From an uncultured Cytophagales bacterium (lineage in GTDB: Bacteria; Bacteroidota; Bacteroidia; Cytophagales; Bernardetiaceae): a stretch of 64,000 nt of DNA. The notes beneath the pieces were generated by a model. That model saw nothing but the letters and a program-made list of their open reading frames with translations, searched no databases and was not told the DNA's origin. The position numbers were made by a program, and so were the translations under genes. Shown in pieces: positions 28,250 through 38,259 of the stretch (its first letter is position 1; each line of letters starts with the position of its first letter). The DNA lies in NCBI GenBank assembly GCA_963761725.1, contig CAVXHP010000006.1, positions 637,534-701,533 on the forward strand, written 5' to 3'.

Positions 28250-30325
28250 CTACTTCAAAACCCTAACTTCAATTCTTCGATTTAGTTCTCGTCCTTCCTT
28301 TTCGTCATCATTACTGGCTATTGGTCTCTCTTGTCCATATCCATTTGCTTTCAGTCTTGACTTTTCTACTCCTTTATCTACCAGAAAATCAATAATACTT
28401 TGGGCTCGCTCTTTTGATAAAATGAGATTTGTAGAAGCATTTCCACTATTATCTGTGTGTCCAATTATTTCCAAAGAAAGAGATTCATTTTCATTCAAAA
28501 AAATTGCTAATTCTTCTAAATTTTGATGCGATTCTGTTTTTAAAATAGCATTTCCTTTTTCAAAATAAATATTTTTCAGCGTAATACTCTCGTTTTTACT
28601 TACACTCAAATCATCAATTAGTTTTTGTAATAATTTTATGTTTTCTGATTGATTTTCATCTTCATAAACATTTTCCTCTTCTACATACAAATACGCATTA
28701 ATTACATAATTCCTAGAATTTTTTTGTGCTAATATATAAGGGTTTAATGAAATTTGGTCTTGATAAGCTAATCTATCTTTATGACGAATTTCTATGTTAT
28801 AAAATGTAATTTCCTGAACCGATTTATCTAGGTTGTAAAAATTATTTGAGTTAGAATCATCCTTAGCTTTGTCTTTCAAATAAATCGGAACATTGATTTT
28901 ATAATTTCCATCTTCATCTGTTTTGGTTTGAAAAGTAGTGCTGTCTATTTTATAATTTATACTTTTGAAAATAATGTTAGCATTCTGAACTGCTTTTTTC
29001 TCTAGTGTTCGTTCTCTAAATTGTCCTTTTACTTCTATCGAATCAAAAAAGAAAACTTCATAAATATCGTCCCCTCCTTGTCCATTTATACGGTTAGAAA
29101 CAAAATAACCTAATTGATTATTTTTATTATTAGAATAATCAATACTAAAATAGAGTTCATCGGCAACGCTATTAATTGGATAGGGAAGTAATAATGGATT
29201 TGTCCATTCGTTGGAAGTGGTATCAAATTCTGCCTTAAAAATATCAAATCCACCTGTCGTATTTTCTCTATTCGAACTAAAATAAAGCGTATTGTCTTTA
29301 TCCAAAAAAGGAGTTATTTCACCTGATTTTGAATTTATTTTTTCTAACAAAATAGGGTTTTCAAAATCATTTTTTATATCTTCTCTTCTTGATACAAAAA
29401 GTTCGTAGTTTCCTTTTGATTTATAATCAGAAGCAAAAATGAGTGTTTTTTTGTCGTTTGACAGACAGGCATATTCTTGAATTCCTTTTTCTTCGCTCAA
29501 TGTTTGTGAAAATAACTGTGGTTCTTGCCAAACTCCTTTTTCTCTTTTTAGAGTTTTTAAGTCTCCATTCTGGGAGATAAGAAATGTTTTATCACTACTT
29601 GTAAACTCATACTTCAAAATCTGTAAGACACTAAATTGAGAATCCAGAGACTCAGATTTGTTCCATTGCTCAATTTCTTCTATTGTTCCATCTTTTTGTA
29701 TTTGTGCATTGTAAAGCGTAAATATTTGTGTATCATAAACATCAGTAATTTTATCTTTAAAAGTAAGGCGATTACTACTATAAATTAGATTATCAGAAAA
29801 CGTAATCTTGCTTACTCCAAACTCATCAAAGGGAGAATTAACGTGAATTCCCATATTTCTGACAATATAATTCTCTGGTCTTTGATAGATTTCTAAGGCC
29901 GTTTTGAGATGAGAAAGAAGTATATCATAACTTTCTATTTTATTTTTTGAATTTTGATTAGCATAGAGTTTCAGCATCTCAAGTGCATTTCCGAAATCTT
30001 CATTTAGAAAATAGGCTTCTGCCAACCAATAAAAATAATGTGTATTTTCTTTGAGATGATTTGTATTGACAGCCTTCAATTCATTCAAAGCCTGTTCTTG
30101 TAAATGCAAGTGAAGTTTGCAGATAGCAGAATAATATTTTGCGTCTTGATGAAGATTATTTTCCTTTTTTATTTCTTCAAAATAATAAAGTGCATTTCTA
30201 TACTTTCCATTTTTGAGGTCTTCCTTTCCATTCAAAAAATACTCCTTTTCATTATAACCTATTTGTGAAAAACAAAGAGGAATATTTACAGCTATCAATA
30301 AAATTATAACTATTGTTTTTTTCAT
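28250..30325 (-). CDS. OmpA-family outer-membrane protein with TPR repeats and TolB-like beta-propeller region
   Basis: C-terminal OmpA domain (NIYFEKGNAILK...IIGHTDNSGNASTNLILSKERAQSI...RRIEVRV). Signal peptide MKKTIVIILLIAVNIPLCFSQ. The start at 30325 is preferred over 30394. Confidence 0.75.
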   Translation of the reverse strand: MKKTIVIILLIAVNIPLCFSQIGYNEKEYFLNGKEDLKNGKYRNALYYFEEIKKENNLHQDAKYYSAICKLHLHLQEQALNELKAVNTNHLKENTHYFYWLAEAYFLNEDFGNALEMLKLYANQNSKNKIESYDILLSHLKTALEIYQRPENYIVRNMGIHVNSPFDEFGVSKITFSDNLIYSSNRLTFKDKITDVYDTQIFTLYNAQIQKDGTIEEIEQWNKSESLDSQFSVLQILKYEFTSSDKTFLISQNGDLKTLKREKGVWQEPQLFSQTLSEEKGIQEYACLSNDKKTLIFASDYKSKGNYELFVSRREDIKNDFENPILLEKINSKSGEITPFLDKDNTLYFSSNRENTTGGFDIFKAEFDTTSNEWTNPLLLPYPINSVADELYFSIDYSNNKNNQLGYFVSNRINGQGGDDIYEVFFFDSIEVKGQFRERTLEKKAVQNANIIFKSINYKIDSTTFQTKTDEDGNYKINVPIYLKDKAKDDSNSNNFYNLDKSVQEITFYNIEIRHKDRLAYQDQISLNPYILAQKNSRNYVINAYLYVEEENVYEDENQSENIKLLQKLIDDLSVSKNESITLKNIYFEKGNAILKTESHQNLEELAIFLNENESLSLEIIGHTDNSGNASTNLILSKERAQSIIDFLVDKGVEKSRLKANGYGQERPIASNDDEKEGRELNRRIEVRVLK

Positions 30326-30441
30326 ATATTTCTCTAAGTCACTCAAAGACATTTTTTTCATAATTCTACAAAAATAACTAAAAAGGCTTTGCATCGGAAA
30401 TGATACAAAGCCTTTTTATGAGAAACGATTCTTTAAACTAT

Positions 30442-30645
30442 TTATTTTTCCTCTTCTTTTTGTCTTGCCATTTGCTGGTAATATTCTTTAGACAAACCTA
30501 CTTTTGCTAGATGTGCTTTTGCTTTTTTCACTTTCTCGGGAAAAAGAGATATTCCTTTAAGTTTATCTAACTCTGGATTATAAGTAACTTTTGCGTTCTT
30601 TATAGAATCACAGAACTCTTTTATTTCTTGTTCTCTAGTTTTCAT
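30442..30645 (-). CDS. Small hypothetical protein (67 aa), paralog of 30649..30831
   Basis: Same conserved core as the preceding small ORF, separated from it by 3 nt. Confidence 0.45.
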   Translation of the reverse strand: MKTREQEIKEFCDSIKNAKVTYNPELDKLKGISLFPEKVKKAKAHLAKVGLSKEYYQQMARQKEEEK

Positions 30646-30648
30646 AAT

Positions 30649-30831
30649 TTATGTCTTTTCATTTTTCTTCCTAGTAATTTCTTTAGGTAAACCATATTTT
30701 TTAATAAATTGGTTTGCCATTTCTAGTTTTTCAGGAAACAAAACCACGTTTTGTAATTTTTCTAATTCCTTATCAAAAGCTACAATAGGAGTTTTTGATT
30801 TATTTAGTTCTTGTATCTTGTCTGATTTCAT
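30649..30831 (-). CDS. Small hypothetical protein (60 aa), paralog of 30442..30645
   Basis: Shares the pattern D/PELxKLxxxxLFPEKxxxAxxxxxKxGLxKE with the downstream 67-aa ORF. Confidence 0.45.
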   Translation of the reverse strand: MKSDKIQELNKSKTPIVAFDKELEKLQNVVLFPEKLEMANQFIKKYGLPKEITRKKNEKT

Positions 30832-30835
30832 TATT

Positions 30836-31282
30836 TTATTTTTTTGTAATTAAAAATGCAGCATACTCTTTTCCTATTACGAAATTTTCCCATTCTTCGT
30901 TGTCAGTTTGAAAACCGAGTACTTCAAAATCTTTCGTAATTTCCTCCAAATTATTAGATATACCCATTCTGTAAAGTCTAGTTCTAGCCTTTGTACTTCC
31001 TGTTGCAAATATAGTAGCATTCGGATATTTTTTAATAAATGAATAAATCGTAGAGGCTACAGTAGCTAAAACTTTTTGACTATCCCCATTATTTGTAACA
31101 TTTATATCATCTATCGTTTTAGTTTTTTCGTCATAATCTCCAAAACCTAGATTGTAAATTCCTTCTGCATCTGTTTCAGTATATTCTACCATTTTACGAA
31201 TTTTCCCTTTTACGCCTTCACTTACAAATTCAAAGTGCTTACGTAAAGGTTCTGACTTATACAGATATTTTGGTTGATTCAT
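30836..31282 (-). CDS. Conserved hypothetical protein (148 aa); first gene of a compact 3-gene operon
   Basis: No recognisable catalytic motif. Contains ATIFATGSTKARTRLYRMGIS. 4-nt gap to the next ORF. Confidence 0.5.
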   Translation of the reverse strand: MNQPKYLYKSEPLRKHFEFVSEGVKGKIRKMVEYTETDAEGIYNLGFGDYDEKTKTIDDINVTNNGDSQKVLATVASTIYSFIKKYPNATIFATGSTKARTRLYRMGISNNLEEITKDFEVLGFQTDNEEWENFVIGKEYAAFLITKK

Positions 31283-31432
31283 ATTTTTTTAATTACTTCT
31301 TACCCAACAACTCATCTATTTTTTTCTCTAATAAAGATAGCTTTTCTCTTAGTTCTTGATAAAAATAAAGTTCTAAAATTAGTATATTTATGCTTCACTA
31401 AGTTAGCTTAATTTTACTAATTCCTCAAAATT

Positions 31433-31735
31433 ATGAATATAGAAACATTTTTAAATAATTATGCAGCAAAAATTATAGGTTTTTCTATGATTGTTTGTAA
31501 TTCATTATTTTTATTGCAAAATATAAAACTGTTTTATGAATATCATTTTACAAATATATTATTCTGTCTAATGATTCCTAATACAGTTTTATTTATTTCT
31601 GCTATCCTATTTTCTATAGGAATTGGTATAGGAATCTTAGTTTTTAAAGACAAAATAAATTATTTAAAATGGTCTTTGATTGATTTAGGAATTATAGTTT
31701 TAGTTTTTTTAATCGAAAATTTACTTGTAATGTAA
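31433..31735 (+). CDS. Small hypothetical membrane protein (3 predicted TM helices)
   Basis: Hydrophobicity pattern only. Confidence 0.35.
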   Translation: MNIETFLNNYAAKIIGFSMIVCNSLFLLQNIKLFYEYHFTNILFCLMIPNTVLFISAILFSIGIGIGILVFKDKINYLKWSLIDLGIIVLVFLIENLLVM

Positions 31736-31867
31736 TTATAAAAATACCTTCCAAAAAGCCGTCAAAACAAGCATTCCCAACGAAAAAGGAAGTAAATATT
31801 TTTCCAAACCTAAAACTCTTATTTTCGTTTTATTCAAAAGTCAAGATTATTCTGTAACTTTATAAAA

Positions 31868-32119
31868 ATGAAAAATAGTATAGCTATGAATATTCAATTA
31901 GATGTAAATGATGATTTAGTTTCTAAATTAGGAAAAGAAGCTATCACAAACAAAATAAAAAAATGGTTGGAGTGGGAAGAACTGCGTATGTTGGCTACTT
32001 CTATTAATGAAGGAATTAAAGATGCTGGTTTAGATGCAAATGAAATTTCTCAAACTGCTCGCTCTCAAGCGTGGGAAGAATACAAAAAGAATAATTTACC
32101 TTTCCTATCTAATCTTTAA
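31868..32119 (+). CDS. Small hypothetical protein (83 aa)
   Basis: ORF only; no motif recognised. Confidence 0.3.
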   Translation: MKNSIAMNIQLDVNDDLVSKLGKEAITNKIKKWLEWEELRMLATSINEGIKDAGLDANEISQTARSQAWEEYKKNNLPFLSNL

Positions 32120-32582
32120 TTTACTTTGAAACATTTTGTAACTGATGCTAATGTTCTTTTTAGTGGAAAAATTAGTGTAAACGAATAAATAGTACGACTT
32201 TTTGTTTATATACAATTTTAGCTCCCGAGTAGCTCACTTTGTTAGAACATTCAGCGAAGCAAATATGAAGAAATGATATTTATCAAAAACAGAATTGGTA
32301 ACCTAAAAGTTTATGAGATTATACACTTCGTTTAATCAAAAAGTTTGCAGCTTGTTGTTCTAAATCTTATCAATCTCTAATCAAAGCTATTATAAAGGTT
32401 AATTTATGCTACAAGGTGTAGATGAACCAAAGATACGTCCTTATTTAGCTTTATGCGATTAACTAGAAATTGAGTGAACATACATCAAGATGAAAAATTA
32501 TCTATTCATTTGATACAAGAAGGTTTTGATAAAGTAATTTCTTTGACAAACTTTTTGAGCGAAATATAAGCTCGTCATCTGG

Positions 32583-32660
32583 TGCAAGGTTTTACCTTGT
32601 ACCTACTATTTCAGCAAGCATATGCTTGAGAAATTATAAGCACAAGATAGAATCTTGCGC
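32583..32660. repeat. REP-like palindromic element (CAAGGTTTTACCTTG; GCAAGCATATGCTTG; CAAGATAGAATCTTG), family shared with 36727-36807
   Basis: Three adjacent perfect or near-perfect palindromes. About 45 nt is near-identical, in inverted orientation, to 36727-36773. Confidence 0.55.
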
Positions 32661-32675
32661 TAGAGATAAAATAAT

Positions 32676-33791
32676 TTAACACAAAAACACCTTCCAAAAA
32701 GCCGTCAAAACAAGCATTGCAAGCGAAAAAGGCAACAAGTATTTCCAACACATGCTCATCAGTTGGTCGACTCTTAATCTTGGAAAACTCCATCGAATCC
32801 ACATCTGAATCAGCATAAAAATAATAGTTTTGCTCATTAGCCAAAAGAAAGACCACAGATAACTAGAAAAATGATTTAATTCTCCACTTGTATAAGTAGC
32901 TAATTCAAAACTACCTATGTTTGGAAAAGGTGTATTCCAACCTCCAAAAAACAAAATACTGGTCAGAAGTCCTATCAAAAGCATCATTCCATATTCTGCA
33001 AGCATCAAAAAAGCCCAACGCATTCCTGAATACTCCGTTTGAAAACCTGCTACGAGTTCCGATTCTGCTTCGGGAATATCAAAAGGCGTTCGGTTAGCTT
33101 GTGCAAGTCCTGAAATAAAGAAAATCAAGAAGACAATAAAGAAAAAAGGCATCGAAATAATATTCCAAGACAAAATTCCTCCAATATTCTGCGTTTCGAT
33201 GTTTAAAAATGAAAGTCCAAATAAATACGTCGTTTGTTCTGCAAAAATTCCTTGTGCTTTGCTTATCTCCTGCAAATCCAGAGAACCATTCCAAACCACG
33301 ACACACAAAATAGAAAGTCCTAGAGGCAATTCATACGAAACCATTTGAGCCAAAGAACGAACAGCACCGTACAAAGAAAACTTATTGGAAGAAGCCCAGC
33401 CAGCCATCAAAATCCCGATAACATCTAAGGCTACAATTCCGAGCCAAATCAGAATACCTAAAGGCATCTTGGTTTCTGTATTTGCAGAAAAAGGAATAAT
33501 CGCAAACCCAGCAAAAACAGCCATAAAAACCAAAACAGGAGCAAATTTGAACAAAAAGGTATTAGAAGAGGAGGGAATAATGTCTTCTTTGAATAATAGT
33601 TTTACAACATCAGCAAAGGTTTGTAAAAGTCCATATTTTCCTGTCTCGGTAGGACCAATACGATCTTGAATGAAAGCCGAAATTTTTCGTTCTACATAAA
33701 CACCAACAAGTGTATTAAATAAAATCAAAGAAAGTGTAAGAAATATTAGGAGAATAATAGGCATACTATTATATTTGGTAGTAAAATTCAC
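32676..33791 (-). CDS. nuoH: NADH-quinone oxidoreductase subunit H / ND1-family membrane subunit, apparently solitary
   Basis: VERKISAFIQDRIGP...GLLQTFADVVKLLFKEDIIP matches the NuoH/ND1 signature. ~8 TM helices. Start probably at M10 (33764). Confidence 0.7.
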   Translation of the reverse strand: MNFTTKYNSMPIILLIFLTLSLILFNTLVGVYVERKISAFIQDRIGPTETGKYGLLQTFADVVKLLFKEDIIPSSSNTFLFKFAPVLVFMAVFAGFAIIPFSANTETKMPLGILIWLGIVALDVIGILMAGWASSNKFSLYGAVRSLAQMVSYELPLGLSILCVVVWNGSLDLQEISKAQGIFAEQTTYLFGLSFLNIETQNIGGILSWNIISMPFFFIVFLIFFISGLAQANRTPFDIPEAESELVAGFQTEYSGMRWAFLMLAEYGMMLLIGLLTSILFFGGWNTPFPNIGSFELATYTSGELNHFSSYLWSFFWLMSKTIIFMLIQMWIRWSFPRLRVDQLMSMCWKYLLPFSLAMLVLTAFWKVFLC

Positions 33792-34017
33792 AAATTGAAT
33801 TAATGTACTAATTTCTAAGTCAGAATGATTTTTTTCAAAATTTTATACCAAAAAACAGCATTTTTTCAAAATTTTGTTTTTAATTCTTCGCTTTTTAAAA
33901 AAATGCTACTATATTAGTGATTCAATTAGAAAAATATCAATTGTAAACTAACATTTAAAATTGTTTATTTGCTATAATTACAAAATTACACACAAACCTC
34001 AACAAAACTCTTATTTT

Positions 34018-35139
34018 ATGAACAAAAAACATTACAAGAAATACCATTTATTTGCTATCGCCTTCGTTTTCTGTTTTCTTTTCTTTAGCAACTCCTTCTT
34101 TGCAAACGCACAAGTAGATACAGGTGATGTAATTGCACCAGACGAGGAAGAAGAATTTAGTATGGACAATTTCGAAGAAGCAGATGATACAGTCATTAAG
34201 CAATACTGCAATAACAAAATCAACAATCTAAATCCAACGACGCTTATCGGACTTAGCTATGATTTTATGTTTGGGGCAGAACTTGAATCTACAAATCCAG
34301 AAGATAGTGATAGTACCTTCATGTACAATTCTCCGATTAACCTAAATCACGGTATTCGATTAGATGCAAATATTCCTTTGATATTGAAGAGCAATATCAT
34401 TTTGAATGCTACTTTTTCGTATTGGGAAAGTCGTTATGATTTTGATAATATTGATAGTAGAGACCCTTTGGCTATTGCCTTAAGCAATAACCCACTTCGT
34501 ACAACTACTTTAGGAATCTTGGCATTCAAACCACTTGATGAAAAACATTTTCTTATCTTTCAAGCTGCCACTTCGCTCAATGGAAATTATAGTTTTGGAA
34601 CGTTTGATGCTGGAGAGGTTGAGCCTGATTTTGGTAAAATGAAATATACAGCCTCTATACTTTATGGTTGGAAGAAAAGTGATAACCAAAATATAGCAGT
34701 AGGACTTACTCGTACCTATCGTGGTGGTCGTCTTCTGCATATTCCTATTTTCCTCTGGAACAAAACCTTTAATAATAAGTGGGGAATGGAATTATTGTTG
34801 CCTGCTCGTGGTGCTTTGCGTTATAATTTTACGGCTAAATCTTCTCTTAATTTTGGATATGAGTTGGAAGGACAAAGTTACCTTTTACAAAACTCACCAG
34901 GTAGAGAAACATTTGCTACCAACAACTATGAGCTTTTAAAATCTGAAATTCGTGCTCGCATAGAACTCAATAAAGCCATTACTAGTTTTATTCGTCTGAA
35001 TCTTCAAGCTGGTGTAGCTCCTGCATATCGTTTTGGTTTGGATAGTGAAGCAACTGGAAGTAGTGATAATGAAGTATCGATAGGAAGTTTGGGTTTACCA
35101 ATGTATTTCCGTATTGGTCTTAATTTTGTAAGTCCTTAA
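34018..35139 (+). CDS. Hypothetical outer-membrane beta-barrel protein with signal peptide
   Basis: Signal peptide MNKKHYKKYHLFAIAFVFCFLFFSNSFFANA. Alternating amphipathic beta-strand pattern through to the C-terminus. Confidence 0.45.
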   Translation: MNKKHYKKYHLFAIAFVFCFLFFSNSFFANAQVDTGDVIAPDEEEEFSMDNFEEADDTVIKQYCNNKINNLNPTTLIGLSYDFMFGAELESTNPEDSDSTFMYNSPINLNHGIRLDANIPLILKSNIILNATFSYWESRYDFDNIDSRDPLAIALSNNPLRTTTLGILAFKPLDEKHFLIFQAATSLNGNYSFGTFDAGEVEPDFGKMKYTASILYGWKKSDNQNIAVGLTRTYRGGRLLHIPIFLWNKTFNNKWGMELLLPARGALRYNFTAKSSLNFGYELEGQSYLLQNSPGRETFATNNYELLKSEIRARIELNKAITSFIRLNLQAGVAPAYRFGLDSEATGSSDNEVSIGSLGLPMYFRIGLNFVSP

Positions 35140-35325
35140 TTATTAGATAATTAGAATAAAAATAATTCATCAAGAAACGATGATTTACATAAAGGGCATA
35201 GTTTTTGGATTTTAGATATATAAATAACAAAACTATTACTTCAACTACAAAAGCAATCTAAGTTTTTTGGATTGCTAGTTTAATAAAAACCTATTCAAAC
35301 AACACTTTAATTTTAAAACTTCATT

Positions 35326-35841
35326 ATGAAAAAATTTCAAACTTTATTTATAGCTCTTTTTGCTTCTTTATTTGTTTTGACTAGCTGGACAGCAGCCGAA
35401 TATTACTCTCCTACACAAGATAGTCCTGGTGATATTTTGTTAGGTGATTGGAGACCAAGTAACGGACGTTCTGTAATTCGTATCTCAAAAGGAGAAACTA
35501 GCAAAGGTCAAGACCCTAATAAATACTACGGTCGTATTGTTTGGGTAATAGAAAAAAACAATCCTGATGGAACTCCTCGTGTAGATGTTAATAATCCTGA
35601 TGCTTCCAAACAATCTGAAAAAATATTAGGAATGACTAATATGAGAGGATTAGAATTTGTAGGTGATGAGAAGAATTTAGTTTGGGAAAATGGAAATATC
35701 TATGACCCAAATAACGGTTCTGATTATAGCTTTGAAATGACTATGGATAAGAAAAACACAAATATTGTAGATGGTCGTGGTTATATCGGTGTTTCTATGT
35801 TTGGTCGTACTGATACGTGGAAGCGTATGGTTAAAAAATAG
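35326..35841 (+). CDS. DUF2147 domain protein (secreted)
   Basis: Signal peptide. GDWRPSNGRSVIRI...GRIVW...DPNNGSDYSFEMTMD is typical of DUF2147. Confidence 0.65.
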   Translation: MKKFQTLFIALFASLFVLTSWTAAEYYSPTQDSPGDILLGDWRPSNGRSVIRISKGETSKGQDPNKYYGRIVWVIEKNNPDGTPRVDVNNPDASKQSEKILGMTNMRGLEFVGDEKNLVWENGNIYDPNNGSDYSFEMTMDKKNTNIVDGRGYIGVSMFGRTDTWKRMVKK

Positions 35842-35859
35842 TAACTAACTGTTTGATTA

Positions 35860-35881
35860 CGCACACTAAAGTGTACGCTAC
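35860..35881. repeat. 22-bp palindromic element CGCACACTAAAGTGTACGCTAC (reverse complement of the copy at 13437-13458)
   Basis: Exact 22/22 match to the reverse complement of GTAGCGTACACTTTAGTGTGCG at 13437-13458. Confidence 0.6.
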
Positions 35882-35955
35882 ATAAATGCAAAAACTCTTT
35901 CTATTGACTTAGGAAGAGTTTTTTTTGTGTTCACAAAGTAAATCAAAAAAATAAG

Positions 35956-36693
35956 TCAAAACATTAGTTTTTTCAGGTTTTCCATATATCCTCTACTTAC
36001 TCGCACTACTTCATTATTCTCCATTACTACATCATAACTACTCGTGTATTTATTGACTTCTTTTATAAAATTGATGTTTATTATCGCAGAGCGATGAACA
36101 CGTACAAAAAATTCTGGATTTAGTTTTTGTTCTAATATTCCGATTCCAAAATTGCTTACAAAAATACCATCGTTAGTTATGAGTTTTGCATAATCTCCGT
36201 AGGCTTCAATTCTGATAATTTCTCTGGTAGAAATATTGATTAGTTTCTTATTATGCTGTACCAAAATCCGTTTTGGATATGTATTTTGTTCTAACATCAA
36301 ATTTTCAGTAAGTGGCTGAAGAGCTTTTTGTGGTTCTGAAAAATTGAGCTTTTTCATGGCAGCTTCAAAACGCTTTAAGGTATAAGGTTTCAATAAATAA
36401 TCAATAGCATTTACCTCAAAGGCTTGCATAGCATATTCATCATAAGCCGTAGAAAAAATAATCTTTGGTAGTTCTTCTAAGTGTTGCAATACTTCAAAAC
36501 CAGTAAGTCCAGGCATTTGAATGTCCAAAAAAATTAAATCTGGCTTAAATTCATTAATCACTTTTACAGCATCGACACCATTATTTGCTTCTGCTACTAC
36601 AAAGAAATTTTTATATTTTTCTAAATATTGATTTATCAATTTTCTTCCTGCAGCTTCGTCGTCTATGAGTGCTACTTTTTTTAGTTCTTTCAT
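35956..36693 (-). CDS. LytTR-family response regulator (REC + LytTR DNA-binding domain)
   Basis: REC: VALIDDEAAGRKL...DLIFLDIQMPGLTGFEV. C-terminal LytTR region (ISTREIIRIEAYGDYAKL). Confidence 0.85.
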   Translation of the reverse strand: MKELKKVALIDDEAAGRKLINQYLEKYKNFFVVAEANNGVDAVKVINEFKPDLIFLDIQMPGLTGFEVLQHLEELPKIIFSTAYDEYAMQAFEVNAIDYLLKPYTLKRFEAAMKKLNFSEPQKALQPLTENLMLEQNTYPKRILVQHNKKLINISTREIIRIEAYGDYAKLITNDGIFVSNFGIGILEQKLNPEFFVRVHRSAIININFIKEVNKYTSSYDVVMENNEVVRVSRGYMENLKKLMF

Positions 36694-36726
36694 TTTTTTA
36701 TAAAATCATTTTCCTTCGCAAGATTC

Positions 36727-36807
36727 TATCTTGTGCTTGTAAATTCGCAAGCATATGCTTGCAGAAAAAGAGTGTCCAAGCAATATGCTTGAACAAGAGA
36801 TACATAT
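36727..36807. repeat. REP-like palindromic element between the LytS-like kinase and LytTR regulator genes (GCAAGATTCTATCTTG; GCAAGCATATGCTTGC; CAAGCAATATGCTTG)
   Basis: Perfect 16-bp palindrome GCAAGCATATGCTTGC plus two flanking palindromes. Same family as 32583-32660. Confidence 0.55.
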
Positions 36808-37883
36808 TACAATTCAAATTCAATGATTAATCCTGTTGGATAATTATCATTTACCTTCAAAACAGAATTATACATTTTTTCCAGTCTTAATTTTGTATTT
36901 GCAAGTCCTACTCCTTTTTCCAAAATAGAATCTCTTTCTTCTGTGTCTATTCCTGCTCCTGTATCACTTATTTTGAAGTGTAATTTTTTGTTTTGTTTAT
37001 AAATTTCAATCGTAATTTTTCCACCTTCTATAAGAGGAGAAATTCCATGTTTAACTGCATTTTCTACCAACGGCTGTAAAATCATAGGAGGAATTTTAGA
37101 GTTTAAAATACTTGAATCTACATTTATTTCTACCTCCAAACGTTCTCCGAAACGAGCTTTTTCTAGCTCCAAATAACTTTTTACGAAATCTAATTCTTCT
37201 TTTAATTTTACAAAATCTTGTCTTGATGCTTTGAGTTGATATCTAAAAAGGTCAGAAAGTTCGGCTATTAATTGTCTTGTTTCTTCTTGTTCTGGTGGAA
37301 TGGCTGCATTGATTGTATTAAAGGCATTGTACAAAAAATGAGGATTTAATTGTGCTTTGAGTGCTGAGAGTTCACTTTGCAATGCTGCTTCTTTCAAAAC
37401 TGCTTCTTCTTTAAGCTGTTTTTGAGTTTGAGAATAATAATGATAAGCGTGAAAAATTCCGAATTGTAGGATATAGAAAAGAGCAGGAATATAAATATCC
37501 CAAACTTGTCCATTTCCTTGTAGATGATAAAATCCTATATAATCGCAAATTTGATAATAAAGAAAACGAAAAGTAAAAGCAAAAATAGGTAATGCAATGA
37601 CGTGAACAGATAAGCGAAGCCAAAGAGGATAGTTTTTTAAACCTCTAAAAATAAGCCACCAAATAGGAATAGTAAGAATGAGTTTGATACCATAATTAAG
37701 CAAACCACTATCAAAAAAATCCATTAAGTCAAAAAGATCTTTTAAATCTTGTCGTTCTACTGGACGATTGAGCCACAAAGTAATGTAATAACTATAACCA
37801 GAAGCTATATAAAAGATGAATACAAAAAGTAGCTCATCAATTCTAATTCCTGCTATTTTTTTTGAACGTATTTTTTGTAGCAT
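36807..37883 (-). CDS. LytS/YehU-type sensor histidine kinase (His_kinase PF06580 + HATPase_c), multi-TM N-terminus
   Basis: LNPHFLYNAFNTINAAI signature of LytS-type kinases. HATPase motifs LVENAVKHG, DTGAGI. Confidence 0.85.
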   Translation of the reverse strand: MLQKIRSKKIAGIRIDELLFVFIFYIASGYSYYITLWLNRPVERQDLKDLFDLMDFFDSGLLNYGIKLILTIPIWWLIFRGLKNYPLWLRLSVHVIALPIFAFTFRFLYYQICDYIGFYHLQGNGQVWDIYIPALFYILQFGIFHAYHYYSQTQKQLKEEAVLKEAALQSELSALKAQLNPHFLYNAFNTINAAIPPEQEETRQLIAELSDLFRYQLKASRQDFVKLKEELDFVKSYLELEKARFGERLEVEINVDSSILNSKIPPMILQPLVENAVKHGISPLIEGGKITIEIYKQNKKLHFKISDTGAGIDTEERDSILEKGVGLANTKLRLEKMYNSVLKVNDNYPTGLIIEFEL

Positions 37884-38259
37884 TTTTTAATTTTTTAGGG
37901 TAGGGAAAAGACACATCTTTTGCTCTATATGTACTTTCAAAATTGCACAACATGTTTAGGAAAAGGCGTACCTTTTCCCTACAAAATGCAAATTATTACG
38001 TTTTATTTCTATCAAAACTAATCTTTACACAATCAGAAAATAAATAAAATCCGATAAGGTGCAATATAGTCCGATGAGCTGCAAATCTATTTCAGTCTGT
38101 TCATTCAACGGCTTATTTTACCACTTATCAGAAAGGAAGTGCAACAGAATTTTTTAAAGTAGATATTTGTTGTATAGATTTTCAATTGGTCTAACCAAAA
38201 ACCTATTTGACAAATACCTTTAATCCGAACAAATTAATTACTCAATAAACTCTTTCACT

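Noticed and set aside
32222-32262. tRNA-like fragment (tagctcccgagtagctcactttgttag)
   Set aside because: No cloverleaf, no T-loop GTTCRANYC consensus and no acceptor-stem pairing. Not a tRNA.
32611-32856. 81-aa ORF overlapping the 3' end of the nuoH-like gene
   Set aside because: Runs through a REP-like element and overlaps the NuoH C-terminus in another frame. Spurious.
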